Source: Balanoglossus misakiensis
Lineage: Eukaryota; Animalia; Hemichordata
Length of the DNA: 64,000 nucleotides
Reading direction: 5' to 3'
NCBI GenBank assembly: GCA_040954595.2
Contig: CM082580.2
Location: forward strand, 6,269,519-6,333,518
Shown one piece after another: positions 1 through 21,962 of the stretch (its first letter is position 1; each line of letters begins with the position of its first letter). The notes below the pieces were generated by a model. The model worked only from the letters and a program-made list of their open reading frames with translations, was not told the origin of the DNA and did no database searches. The translations under genes and the position numbers were made by a program.

Positions 1-259
1 TATGGCTGCTAAATCACCTCGATAGATATTTTTGGCGTGCAGTAGTAATATTTTGATCATCAAACAAGGAAAAGCTTCCTGCAACACTTCCAAGTAAATC
101 TATGTAATCAATTTATGTAAATCAGGAGTGGCCGTGTTTAGTTGATAGTAACACTTTATTTCAATTTTGCATTGTCTTTCTCTTCATAAGATAATAGAAG
201 GTACTAAAACTAAAGTAAAATCATTAAAAGAACAGACACGTCGGCCGTCAAGCGCCTGT

Positions 260-420
260 AGGCATGACGTCAAAGGAAACTACGGAGGGTCAAAGGTGAT
301 ACGATGACATCATCTTAGGGGAGTGGGGGTTCGAAGAATAGCATTAGTCATATCCCTATTGCCTAGGCAAATGACGTGGCACATGTAACGTTATTGGTTC
401 CACGTCCGCCATTTTGGAGT
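260..420 (+). promoter_or_regulatory. Putative ARF promoter with CRE, UPRE/CREB3-type and YY1-like motifs
   Basis: CpG-rich. TGACGTCA at 265-272, TGACGTGGC at 372-380, ATTGG at 393-397, CCACGT at 400-405, CCGCCATTTT at 406-415. Lies just upstream of the strong donor CAG|GTAAGA at 500/501. Confidence 0.55.
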
Positions 421-500
421 CAGTGAGACAGGTCAGTACCGAAATTCCTTCAAATTTACCGTCTATTTTCGACGGTTGGTTACATTTCAGAAGCGGACAG
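405..500 (+). other. ARF1: Probable non-coding first exon of the ARF gene (5' end approximate)
   Basis: Donor ACAG|GTAAGA at 500/501; matching acceptor TTGTTGCAG| at 1356/1357, 39 nt before the ATG at 1396. The TSS cannot be read directly. Confidence 0.55.
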
Positions 501-1362
501 GTAAGACTATGCCACGCAATCAGAAGAGTTGCTAAACGGGCTCAAGTGTTGTCGGTTTGACGTCGTCGTGTGCTGAAACCGGCATTTGTACACTTTTCCC
601 AAGCCGCCATTTTAGTGTCTCTTCATTCAAATAAGCTTTGGGCCCGCATCAGGGAAATTCTGATTTCTTCTAACTTTTCACAACCACCTTACTCGCGAAT
701 TGTTTTTCCTGTCGTTAACCGTTATTTGTACACATTATGATATATTTACGCCAAATACATCTTATGAGTCGGATTGGATCGAATATTTGTTCGTTGTCCG
801 GCGTGTGTGAACCACTTCCTCATTTTGCTTCCGTTGCAACATCGGTTCTGTCGTAGTGAGCAGGGCGTCACATTGGTTAGTGATAAGATACACCGTCACA
901 CTTTCTAAAGTTATGTAGGGTTGTCGATTAGCTGGTTCGAACTAGTTTCGTGGTAAAATTCCAACTCAGAGAAATTTGTCTGCAGTTTTGCAGTTATATT
1001 TTAAAGGAAATGTAAGATTGTTTTCCCAATCGATAACCTTGTTAGTGCCATTTTGGGGCAACGCCTAACGTGTATCTCGCTGAAATATTCAAACCATGGG
1101 CCTGTTTACATCTTGCGGACTTTCGAATTCGTTCGGGATACTTGTGTGTTATTCTAGCGTGTACACATTTCAGTAAAACAACCGAGAATGGTTGGATTCT
1201 TTCTTAGATGTCTGGGTATTGTAATCACGAACAGAAAAGGGACAGTGTCAGCTGTGTAGAAATTAAAATGTGTGAATACTGTGCATCATACCATTGTTAG
1301 GTTGATAATGTTTTTGTTTTTTCTCTGCTTACTTATGAGGTCTATTTTTGTTGCAGGTTTGA

Positions 1363-8402
<7,040 letters not shown>

Positions 8403-8808
8403 ATGGACAGAACACAGACTGAGAAAGCAGTTTTGATACTACCGGTAGTAACAAAAAATATGACAAATTAAAAAAAAACGAGAGAAAAAAAAACATGAAC
8501 ATTTGATGTGTACAGAGAAGAAAACATAATGTAACAAGTCCAGTTCCTGGCCCTTATTCTGTCGAGCTATCCCAGGAATTTTCCTTTGCAGAGACCCATT
8601 TCAGTGGAGAAAAAAATATCACTTTCCCCAGTTTCTTTCGTTTTATTTTAGTGAGTTTTTTTTTAGGTATATAGGATGGGAGACCAAGAGTTGACATTGT
8701 GTGGGAAGGGAGTGTGTTTAATCTTTACACAGGTGTAAGGTTGGGAATGGGAAAAAAAATTGCTAGCCTCTTTCATAGGTTAATTTTTTGTGGACATTCA
8801 TGGTATCT

Positions 8809-8903
8809 TTAACCCTTTCACCACAATGGTTCAGTCCAAACCCGATGTTTTCTACAGTAAGGTTGGACCTCTAAAGAGGGAACTTGGGTGGTGGAAGGGT
8901 TAA
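8809..8903. mobile_element. 87-bp piggyBac-like MITE (8813-8899) with TTAA target-site duplication, in ARF 3'UTR B
   Basis: TTAA|CCCTTTCACCAC ... GTGGTGGAAGGG|TTAA: CCC...GGG termini, 11/12 TIR match. Related copies at ~6686 and ~19948. Confidence 0.8.
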
Positions 8904-10238
8904 AACAGAAAAGGCCACGTCTTTATGACAAAAGCCCTTACCCCATGGACAGATTTATACACATACAAGTTTTCATGTACAGTACAGTATATGTGCAACC
9001 TATATCAAAGCTTTTTGGATGTCTGCCTGTCTGTCTGCCTGCATTTCTCTGGTTGCATGGCATTAGACCACACTGCACTGTTATTTACGGTCAGCTACCC
9101 CAAACATCTAATCCAGTTCCATTGATATAAAACAATACTTTTTTGTGTGTGACATTTTGTTGTAGATATTTGTTTGTATTCCCAAAAAAAACAAAGCCAC
9201 AAAATGTAATTCACAAGTTCCAGCAATATTAGTCGCAATTAAATTTCACTTTAAGTCTGTATTGACCATTTCAATTCCAGTTTTCTCAAAAAGTGAAGTT
9301 ATTTGGGTTACTTGCAGCAGACTCGCGAAGTTGTGTGATTGGCCAATATTCTGTGTTCTGGTGTTACTTTCATAGACCCACCTTAAGGATTTGCCCAACA
9401 ATTATGTTGAAGTTGTAACCTATGGGATTATTTATACCTTCCAACACATTGACGGTTGCCTCACAAAATTTATAGCCACTGTTGCATGCTGTAGCTCTGG
9501 AGATTTTTCTTTTCCAAATATACCAATATTTATTCAGTGCATCAAACTACATTTTCTTTTTCTGCTATCCAAAGCATATTTAAAACGCTCGGATTTGGCT
9601 CGTCAACAAAACCTGCATATGTACAGCCGGTACTGTTGGTTGTTGAAAATCTGAACCGAAGTCTGGACATGAATTCATTTGTCAACAGTGACGATGCTGC
9701 TAGATGGAAATATACAGGCTGGGTTGACTTGACACCAAATACTGATTTCAATGTGCTTTGGGAAGTTGAAACCATACTCAATAAACAGAACAAGACTTGC
9801 AAAATCATAACCGAATGTTGCTGCTATAGTCCCTTTAGTCAATTTGAACGTGCATGTGTTGTATTCCTTGGCGACTATTCTGTTCAGTACATTCCTTAAA
9901 CTTACATACTTGATTGAGGTTCTTTGGTCGGAGTTGGTGGAAAGCGTTTCTATGTGCTTCACATCCGTTTAATGTAAAATACAACCTGCGTGACTGTTTG
10001 TGTATACTGCTGTAGATAAAAAAAAAGCTGTTTTTGTGTTCTTGGTAGGTTTCTATAGCATTGTAGCCTTTAGCAGCGGGGAATCCAGGACCATGTTCTC
10101 TTATTTTCCAGAACAGGTCACGGCTACTATATTATTGAGATGAAGAAAATATGTAACGAGTTGAAATTGTGATTTTGATAGCAGCCTTTAAATGTCTTCA
10201 TCATTTATGTTCCACTCAGAAAATGCAGGTTTGAATTC

Positions 10239-10282
10239 AATAAAATGTCAAGTGCAGTTTTATGTTTATCAAGCCTAATAAA
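10239..10282 (+). terminator. Poly(A) signals of ARF cassette B
   Basis: AATAAA at 10239-10244 and 10277-10282 inside a block homologous to the end of UTR A. Confidence 0.7.
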
Positions 10283-10982
10283 ATATGTGAAACCAATTTT
10301 CTTTGGAACGATGGCTGGCTGGCTGTTGGTGTGATTTACTCTAAAGGGACATTGCCCTGGTGCTAGGGATGTGCAGCTGTGCACATCCTTGCACTACTGT
10401 AGGTCAGTCTAGTACCCCCCAATACCCCCATGGTCTTTTTGACCTTTGACCCATTATTTTTGATCAAAATGTAGATTTTTGACAAGTATTTAGGCATTCA
10501 AAGATAAGAATGCTTTGTCTTTTGGACCATCAAGGTTTACACCTGTACCAATCTTAGAGAGCTGAGTCAGCAGTGCCCTCAACGGTTTTCCCTTTCAGAG
10601 GGACACACCCTCCCCTCCCCTGATCTTCAGAGTGCTCATGCCCTGTGCTGCTATTCATTCATGTGCCGGTACCATCATTTCCATTATTTGCTGAGTCATG
10701 GTATGTCAGCATTGCCTAGAGTATAACATATTTGATCACTGCTATATTTATCTTGGATTAATCATGCATGCTGAAGATTTTGTAAGTTACCTGGTTTTCA
10801 AGTTTTATCATGACTATTCGGACTTGATCAATAAATTTCTGACTTTCATGTGCAATATCACGTTTTTGTTTAATGTTACAGAGAAAACTCAGCATGGACA
10901 ATGTCAAGGAAACAATTGTTTTTATTTTAAAAAAGAAAGAAAAACATTTCAGAGGAAAGCATTAAAAGCCATCGTATTGTCT

Positions 10983-13669
10983 TTAGTACTTTTCCCCCCG
11001 ACCCCTCATGTCTCTCCCGTCATCTCCCCGATTGCTGTGTCCATGACGATGTTCATCTCTGTCCCTGTATCTCCCCCTATCTCTACCCCTCTGATGTGAC
11101 CCTTCCCTACTACTGTGGCGTCTTTCCCTCTGGTCAAAGCCATCATCCGAAGCATCATCACTGTCATGTCTCCTACTCCTGTCCCCTTTCCGGTATTTCT
11201 CTGAGTCTTGCCTCCTCCGCCTGTGAGAGTTGGAATCGGGCGAGCTCTCGTCGCGATAATTAGTCCGTGAACGAGAATCCTCTGTCCTGTTTTGCCTGTG
11301 TCTTCTGTCTCTTTCACCAGAGTATCTGTCACTCCTGTCAGTGCGGGAAGGCTGTCTCTCTGCCTCTCTGTCGCCCCTTCTGTCACTGTATTTGGGTCTG
11401 CGAGGGGCACCGTCCGACGAGTCAGAATCGTGTCTCCTTCGGCGGGAGGTGTTGGCCTCCTCATCAGACGAGTCATGTCTTTTCCTCCTCCTATCAGCGA
11501 CAGCTTCATCGTCGGATGAATCGTGTCGTAACCGCCGTCTTGTGTTGGGACTGTCGTCAGAATCACTGTCCTGCCTCCTGCAAACAATCAGGAAACGTTC
11601 AGACATTTCTGACAACTGTCAAATGTCATGGGACGAGATGATATTGGAAGGCAAAATACAATGTACACTCTTTTACACCTTGTTTGATGTTGACCCAATA
11701 ATTTACGAAAAAAATCTTGTACACTTACCTTTTTCTGGAAGATGGTGATTCTGAACCACTCGATGCATCTTTCTTCTTCTTTTTCTTGTCTTTCTTTTTC
11801 TTCTTTTCTTTCTTGGCTTTCTTTTTCTTCCTTGATGTTTCCCTGGAAATGAAAGTTCGTGGATTTGTTATGTCATATTCTACAGTTGGAACTGTACCAC
11901 TTAATCAGGAAAAGAAAAGAAAATTCCAGTAATGAGTACCAATGGAAACCAATGCACTGTGGGATAACGTAGTGAATGACAAAAGAATATTTCGGTTCTA
12001 GCAGTGTGGTACCCTGTGTGTTGTGTTGTGATGCATCAACAATACAGTGCAGTGTGGTCAAGTGTGATGCAGTACCGTTCGGTAAAATACAGCAAATACA
12101 CAGCTTCCTTTATAGTAACATCAGACAGTAGTACACATGAAATCGGTCAATTCTGGAAACATGTCTACTCTTTAACAACTTTCTCAGTCCTCTTCATACA
12201 TAGAACTCTGTGTCGAAAGAATCACAAAATTCTGCAAACTGAAGTTCTCTTAGACCCTAGCCCACTTACCCGGGATTATCACTTGATTTGTCTTGTTTGC
12301 TCATTCTGTTGTCGTCACCAGATGCAGACGAAGCTCCCACTTTGACGTGTTCAAAGACTGTACCACCCATCTTCATGGCCTCCCTGTCAGCTTTGGTCAT
12401 TTCAACCCTTTGGGCTCTGGAGCTGAAAACATCAATAGATTTTCCATGACTGCTAGCAGATATTTGGTATCTTTTATATATTGTTTGAAACATATCCATT
12501 GTACTGGATACTGACACACCCTGAACTTAAGGCTGTTGGATTTGTACTCTCACACCTAGACATCAACTTTGGCCAATACGATTTATTTGCTATGAATGAC
12601 ATGTATATACCAGACGTAGTATTCACACTTGACGAAAATATTCATGTCTGATTTTGCATTCAGAATTAGGTTTTCTTGTTAAAAGGAAAATTGAACGGAG
12701 AGCTTGAGAGTATCAGGAAATACCTTCCATAGCCCATGCCTTGAACTCGTTCAATGTCCTGGGAGTCTCGCTCAGCCGTTCCTCTTTGACACGCTTCAGC
12801 AAGTTCCTGCAATGTAACACAGGTAATGATTTATGATCGGGTACCCTCACACCTTGATGAGGAGAACACAAGGGGAAACTCATACATGCAAGAGATTATT
12901 ATGTGGCACCCTTTATTTGGCAATGAAGTTTGTAGCACCTACTGTATGAAATCATACGTTGAGATCTGAAACTGAACAAGTACATGTACATACCTGATGT
13001 GACAATCCCGAAGTCTGTTTTTTCACTACTTTATGTCCTCTGCAGAAAATAGAACAAAAATAATGCAATGCTTCCACACTAAATTCTGCAATCTTTTTCA
13101 ATTCGATTCACAAGGTTGAGAAAAAGACAAAAGCTATAAATGTTTTGCACAGTGGTGGCGCTATATTCAACATATTGATGATATGAATGATCAATACTCA
13201 CAATGCAGCCATCATTGCTTCTTTCTCTGCCTGTTTGATTAGGGCTAATTCTTCAGACTTGGATAGCCCCGGGCCTGATTTCTTCTCCTTGGAATACCAT
13301 GTCAAATCTTTGCCCTTCTGCCATCGACCAATAGGGGCCTTCACAGAATGCCCTAGATTGAGAACAAATCATGTCAGTTTTGTTGGGTTGGGTGGGGTAT
13401 AAACACAAATAGCTAGCCGCGATGGAACGGTAGGGATACTGATCCACGGCAAAGATTTGCTTGTACACGTCAGGGACGTCCGTTCACTGGCTATGTGATT
13501 ATAATCTGAGTTGGGTACGAAGCTTCGACCGGAAGATACCTAGTGAAGACTGACTGAATGAGTAGTGAGCCTTACCAAGATAGCTCTCTCGGTGTTTGTC
13601 ACTTTTTACATCGTCCCAATTGAACTGATCGGTTCCACCACGAACTCCTCCACGGGGAGGGTGATACAT
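10983..13669 (-). CDS. MMTAG2: Multiple myeloma tumor-associated protein 2 homolog (C1orf35), ~411 aa: complement join(13576-13669,13202-13352,12994-13039,12724-12806,12270-12422,11729-11842,10983-11577)
   Basis: N-terminus [51 protein letters not shown] matches the recalled MMTAG2 signature (RGGVRGGxDQFxWxDVK...APVGRWQKGxDLTWY). Seven GT-AG exons in consistent phase (1236 nt), a Lys-rich exon and an R/D/S-rich last exon. Minus-strand AATAAA at 10921-10926. Confidence 0.9.
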
Positions 13670-14069
13670 GTTGGCTTAGATCGCGTACACTGACACACCG
13701 GGGCACTGACACACTGGTAAGGGAACAACAACGACAACGTAAACTTCGGAAATGTTTTTGATCGATCCAGGCTGAGTTGAATTTTACAAGCAGCCTAGGG
13801 AATCACACCTCTTACAAACAAGGATATCTTGTTTCATTGTTATGCTCGTCAATCAAATACAAATTCATTTAAAATCAATATTATTTATATTTACTACATT
13901 ATTTTACATGAATTAATATTTAGGAGTCACTAGAATAGATTAGACAGAAAACCTTTGTGAATGGATTAAAATATTGCTGTGAGTGAGGATCCTTCTCCTT
14001 ATAAAATTTTACGCAGCTAGAGGGTTAACAGCGCTGAGCGTTGCATTCTGGGAATTCACATGTTGCAAA
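13670..14069. promoter_or_regulatory. Bidirectional promoter between MMTAG2 and PSMD11
   Basis: Start codons are 400 bp apart, head-to-head. ZNF143/Staf-like GCATTCTGGGAATT at 14043-14056; YY1-like AAAATGGCGGC overlaps the PSMD11 ATG. Confidence 0.7.
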
Positions 14070-18015
<3,946 letters not shown>

Positions 18016-18032
18016 AGATTTTTTGTGTAAAG

Positions 18033-18779
18033 AGCGCCCCCTGTGGAGCATTTGTCGATTTGTGCTGTGAAGCGCCCTCTGCAGTCATATTTGTACAAAG
18101 TTCACTGAAAACGCCAAAAAATTTAGTTTTGCTTTAGGCATATGGCTGCTTCATAAATTCTTTACAGAACCAAAACCTTACTAAGAATATTGAAGCAGAT
18201 ATTTATTTATCAGTTTAGGTGATAATTTCACATAGAATTCTCTAGTAAAACCATTTTAACAAGATTAATGAGTTTTTTTGATAATTTTTGATTTCTTGTT
18301 AATGTTTCGCCAGAAAGATATATAAAAAAAAAGAAATTGAAACACCAAAAACCCTTTATATCAACAGTTCTTGTGTAATAATTTTCTTTTGTCCCTGAAA
18401 TACTTTGTATCACTTGAGCATGATCATTAAAACTAAAAGAAGAAAATATTGTTTTAATATATTGTTTAATATTGTTTTTATTCACAAAGGTTTTATGCCT
18501 TTTTGTTGGTATACAAGATACAATATAAATTGGATATTACAAGTCCTAATAACCCCAAAAATGGAAAATGTAATATGACCTGATCGACAACTGCGTGTGT
18601 GTGTTTAAGTGAGTGAAAGGCCAGTGGCCAATTGTCAGAACAGTTGCTTGTGGAACTTTGCTGTTATGCAATTTTGAAGCTGAGTAAAGCAATGCACAGG
18701 ACAGTGAAACTGCGCAAAGCATACGACAGGTCGACCTGACGTGCGTGCGTGCTTACCTTCGACTGGCGCCACCTAGTGT
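18033..18779 (-). promoter_or_regulatory. Cluster of three CTCF-like motifs at the 3' end of PSMD11
   Basis: Reverse complements: CCACAGGGGGCGCT (18033-18046), CTGCAGAGGGCGCT (18071-18084), ACACTAGGTGGCGCC (18765-18779). Matched by eye to the CTCF core. Confidence 0.45.
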
Positions 18780-19947
18780 CAAACAGCCCGCCAAATCGAG
18801 CGACCTACATATCCCCCCACTAAAGGTCGGTGTACCCTTGAATGAGGCAGATTAGTCACGACAAATGGAAGTTAGGTGGCCTCCGCACACACCATCCCCA
18901 GGTGACATTGTGCTAGGGCACCATTATTACTTTACTCAAGCCAAATGACGGCTATCATTTGCAAGACAAACCATCAAACAGAACCGGTCGCCGCTGCCTC
19001 GCGCAGATTAATGGCCGCGATTAGTGCCTCCTGAGAAAGATTGGCCTCATTCTAAAAGCTGTCGAATCGGTCTCAGTTTCTCGTTGCAGATTGCTCCGGC
19101 ACTAGATTACCTGTAAACAGATTATCCTTCCAGGAAAATGAGGGCCGTGTTGCCCGCGGCTACTATTTTAGGTTGAAATTTCACCCGTGACAAGCCAAAG
19201 TATGGCTGGTATAGTCCTGCGATTAATGATGCCTTTATACTCAAATGTCCAAGAAGAGTTGGGATATTACCTAAAAACCATTACTGTGTAGTTTCATTTT
19301 TCTGCTTCGTACTAAGACATTGCCACGACGGCGGCCATTGACCTGAGCATTGTAATCGAGAAATACTGAGATTTACTCAACTGAAGAATCTAATTCGTTT
19401 GATTTGACGTCTCTGAAGGGGGAATCTTTCAACTTTCCAAGAAAAAGACCCCTTCAGAACATTTTTTTACTTCAAAGGTTTCTTGTGCGAGATACGACGG
19501 CGCGTCTGCATATATTGATCCTCAGCGATGCGTGTGGAAATTGTGCAGATGACCTGGGATTTAATCACCGTTCCCACGAGCAGATGTTCTGATCACCTTC
19601 ATTTTCCACTTATTAAATCAGCGCATTTTGTGTGGGAAAATGACATTCTCGTAAATGGGCGATTGTTTGCACTTGGACGCGACACCGTCTTTTGCACGTA
19701 GACACATCGCCAGACGGTGTTGATAGTGCTGATAGCAGGGGAACAACCAGGGAGGGAGGAGTATATGGGTGTATCATTCAAAATCCCTAGAAAGAGATGA
19801 GAGAAAAAAAGAGGGGGGGGGGAGACCACATATTACCCTTCATAGGCATGCGAAAGTGAAGGGCATAAAATAAAAAAGAAGAAAATTATACATTGGCAGT
19901 TAAGCTCTGGAACTTTCACAACTACAAGAATACCATCTGAGACTGAC

Positions 19948-20028
19948 TTATCCCCTACCAACACCATGGTTTAGTCCACCTTCATTGTTCTCTCTGCATC
20001 ACTGCTGGGGAAATGGGGGTGAAAGGGT
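19948..20028 (+). mobile_element. Degenerate third copy of the piggyBac-like MITE
   Basis: TTATCCCCTACCAACACCATGGTTTAGTCCA...GGGGTGAAAGGGT resembles 8809-8900. Confidence 0.5.
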
Positions 20029-21899
20029 CCCAGTTTCACAAGAGCAGAATAATTTTATTGCTTATATACAATACAATGAAGAGAAAGATTTTTTTTGTGT
20101 GTGTGCAAAATCTCGCTCTGTCTCAAGCACGTAAAATGTGCCACATATAACTAAGCAGAAGGCCGCTGAGAAGCCCTTAATTGAATCAGTGATTAAATCT
20201 CGCTGAGCAACATTCTCTGTGAATACCAAAATTTCAGAAAAAGAATTTCAGCTCCCAAGCATTGCTTCATATTCTTAGAATTGATGGCTTAATCCATCTC
20301 TATGGACGGAGTATCTTAATTACAACCATTCATTCCTGGAAAATGGGGAGCCGTGGGCCTATAACTATGATGAATGTCCTCAAACGACCGTACACAAGTT
20401 TAAGGGGAAAGTGTAGCCGCTGTCCAATAGCAGGCGGTGTACTTCCCAACATTGTCAGCTTGTCTTGAAGTATGTTAAACCGGATTTGATTGGTGAAATG
20501 GTTTATTAGGAGTGGTGGCGTGTTTCTCATTAGCCAGCCAGCCGGTGCGTTGGTGGGAGTTTGTTGCACGAAATCCTTTTCCCTTTTAGTGAATTGGTAT
20601 GCTGCTGTGCTACACACCGACTTGTTACTTTTTATAGCCAAGGCCAATCTTAAAAGCTTTTTTTCCACTTATTTCGGAAGAAAATAGAAATAAGTGGGAA
20701 CGTTGATGGCTTTTGATTGGATTGTTAGTGCCCACTTCGGCAGTCACATGTTTTGCAACGTGGCTCAGAAAATGAGAACAGGGCGATCGACACGCCACAA
20801 CTACATGTGCAGCCAGCGTACTTGTCATGCAAAGTGTACTGTCGTGCAAACGGTGATTTACGTGTATTACCCATAATACGGTGATGTATTATGCATAAAG
20901 TAGTGATGTGTTGTTGAATAGTTTGTGTTGTTAGGATACAAACAGGCTTGGGTTACTTTGTGATGTGCCGAAGTACATAAAATCTATGGTTACATGATTG
21001 ACACACTATGCAGCCTGGAAAAAAAACTGTCAGAGTAAAGGCAGTTGTGATTGTTGTTGACACCTGATTTAATCTCATTGTGACAGCCCACAGGTGTATA
21101 AAGCGCCCTTTTTGACTGACCAGGCCAGCTTTTAGCTAGCACATTGATGACACTTGGCTGGGTTGCTTGTGAAAGGAAGTGATTTAAGGATGAACGTAAC
21201 CCTGTTAACTGCACAAATTTGTGCGCATGTGACTTTTCCCCAAAAATTACATTGAGAATGCTAGAAAAACTCACTTCTACTATTGTATAAAATTTTATGT
21301 TTGTTGTGCCTTGCCTCCAATGTGCGAAGAATAAAAAAGTGAGCTTATGCTAACTGTAGAGGGAGTAAGTTTTAGGCTTATAATAGTTACAGAAGCAGAT
21401 GGATGCGTCAAGTGCACATCCATATCACGCACGTGTAAAGAAGTGGCATGTTGTTGTTTTTTATGTCTGTTTTGCCAGGAGCAGAAGTGAACGATTTAGT
21501 GTGCAGGTGATATGGTCTGATGGTTGTTGCAGGGGAATTGCCTTTCAAACTAAAATCAACCGGGCAATCAAGTCTGCTACAAAATGGGACTTCAGTCAGC
21601 TGATGTTTGATTGGTACTATTGCGTAAACATGTTTTTGAATCATCATGGACCATACGGGCTTTCGATTGCTGCGGGAGTGATGGGTGAAACCAGTCGTGA
21701 AATATACAGGGGGCGTTTTTTTTCTTCTTCCAGGAACTCGTCCGTAGCTTATAAACAAAGTAGCGTTGCTAGAGTGATGTTATGTAGATGCCAAGAATGC
21801 ATACCTGAGTTTTGGATATGGTGTACAAAACTAAGCATATAGTCTTCTAATAGTGCTGGAAAATGTGGGCAGTCACATGAGAATTTGAACGTTTCTCAG

Positions 21900-21962
21900 A
21901 ATTGGGAAGATGACTAGATGATGGAATCACAATTGGGAAGATGACTAGATGATGGAATCACA
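21900..21962. repeat. Perfect 31-bp tandem duplication
   Basis: AATTGGGAAGATGACTAGATGATGGAATCAC occurs twice in direct succession. Confidence 0.9.

Noticed and set aside
9537-9899. 120-aa ORF in ARF 3'UTR B with a faintly Arf-like start (SIFKTLGFG)
   Set aside because: Non-ATG start, no GTPase motifs, no recognisable family; lies between UTR blocks shared with UTR A.
11006-11932. Several long overlapping ORFs around the MMTAG2 last exons
   Set aside because: Alternative-frame and antisense shadows of a low-complexity, stop-poor coding region.
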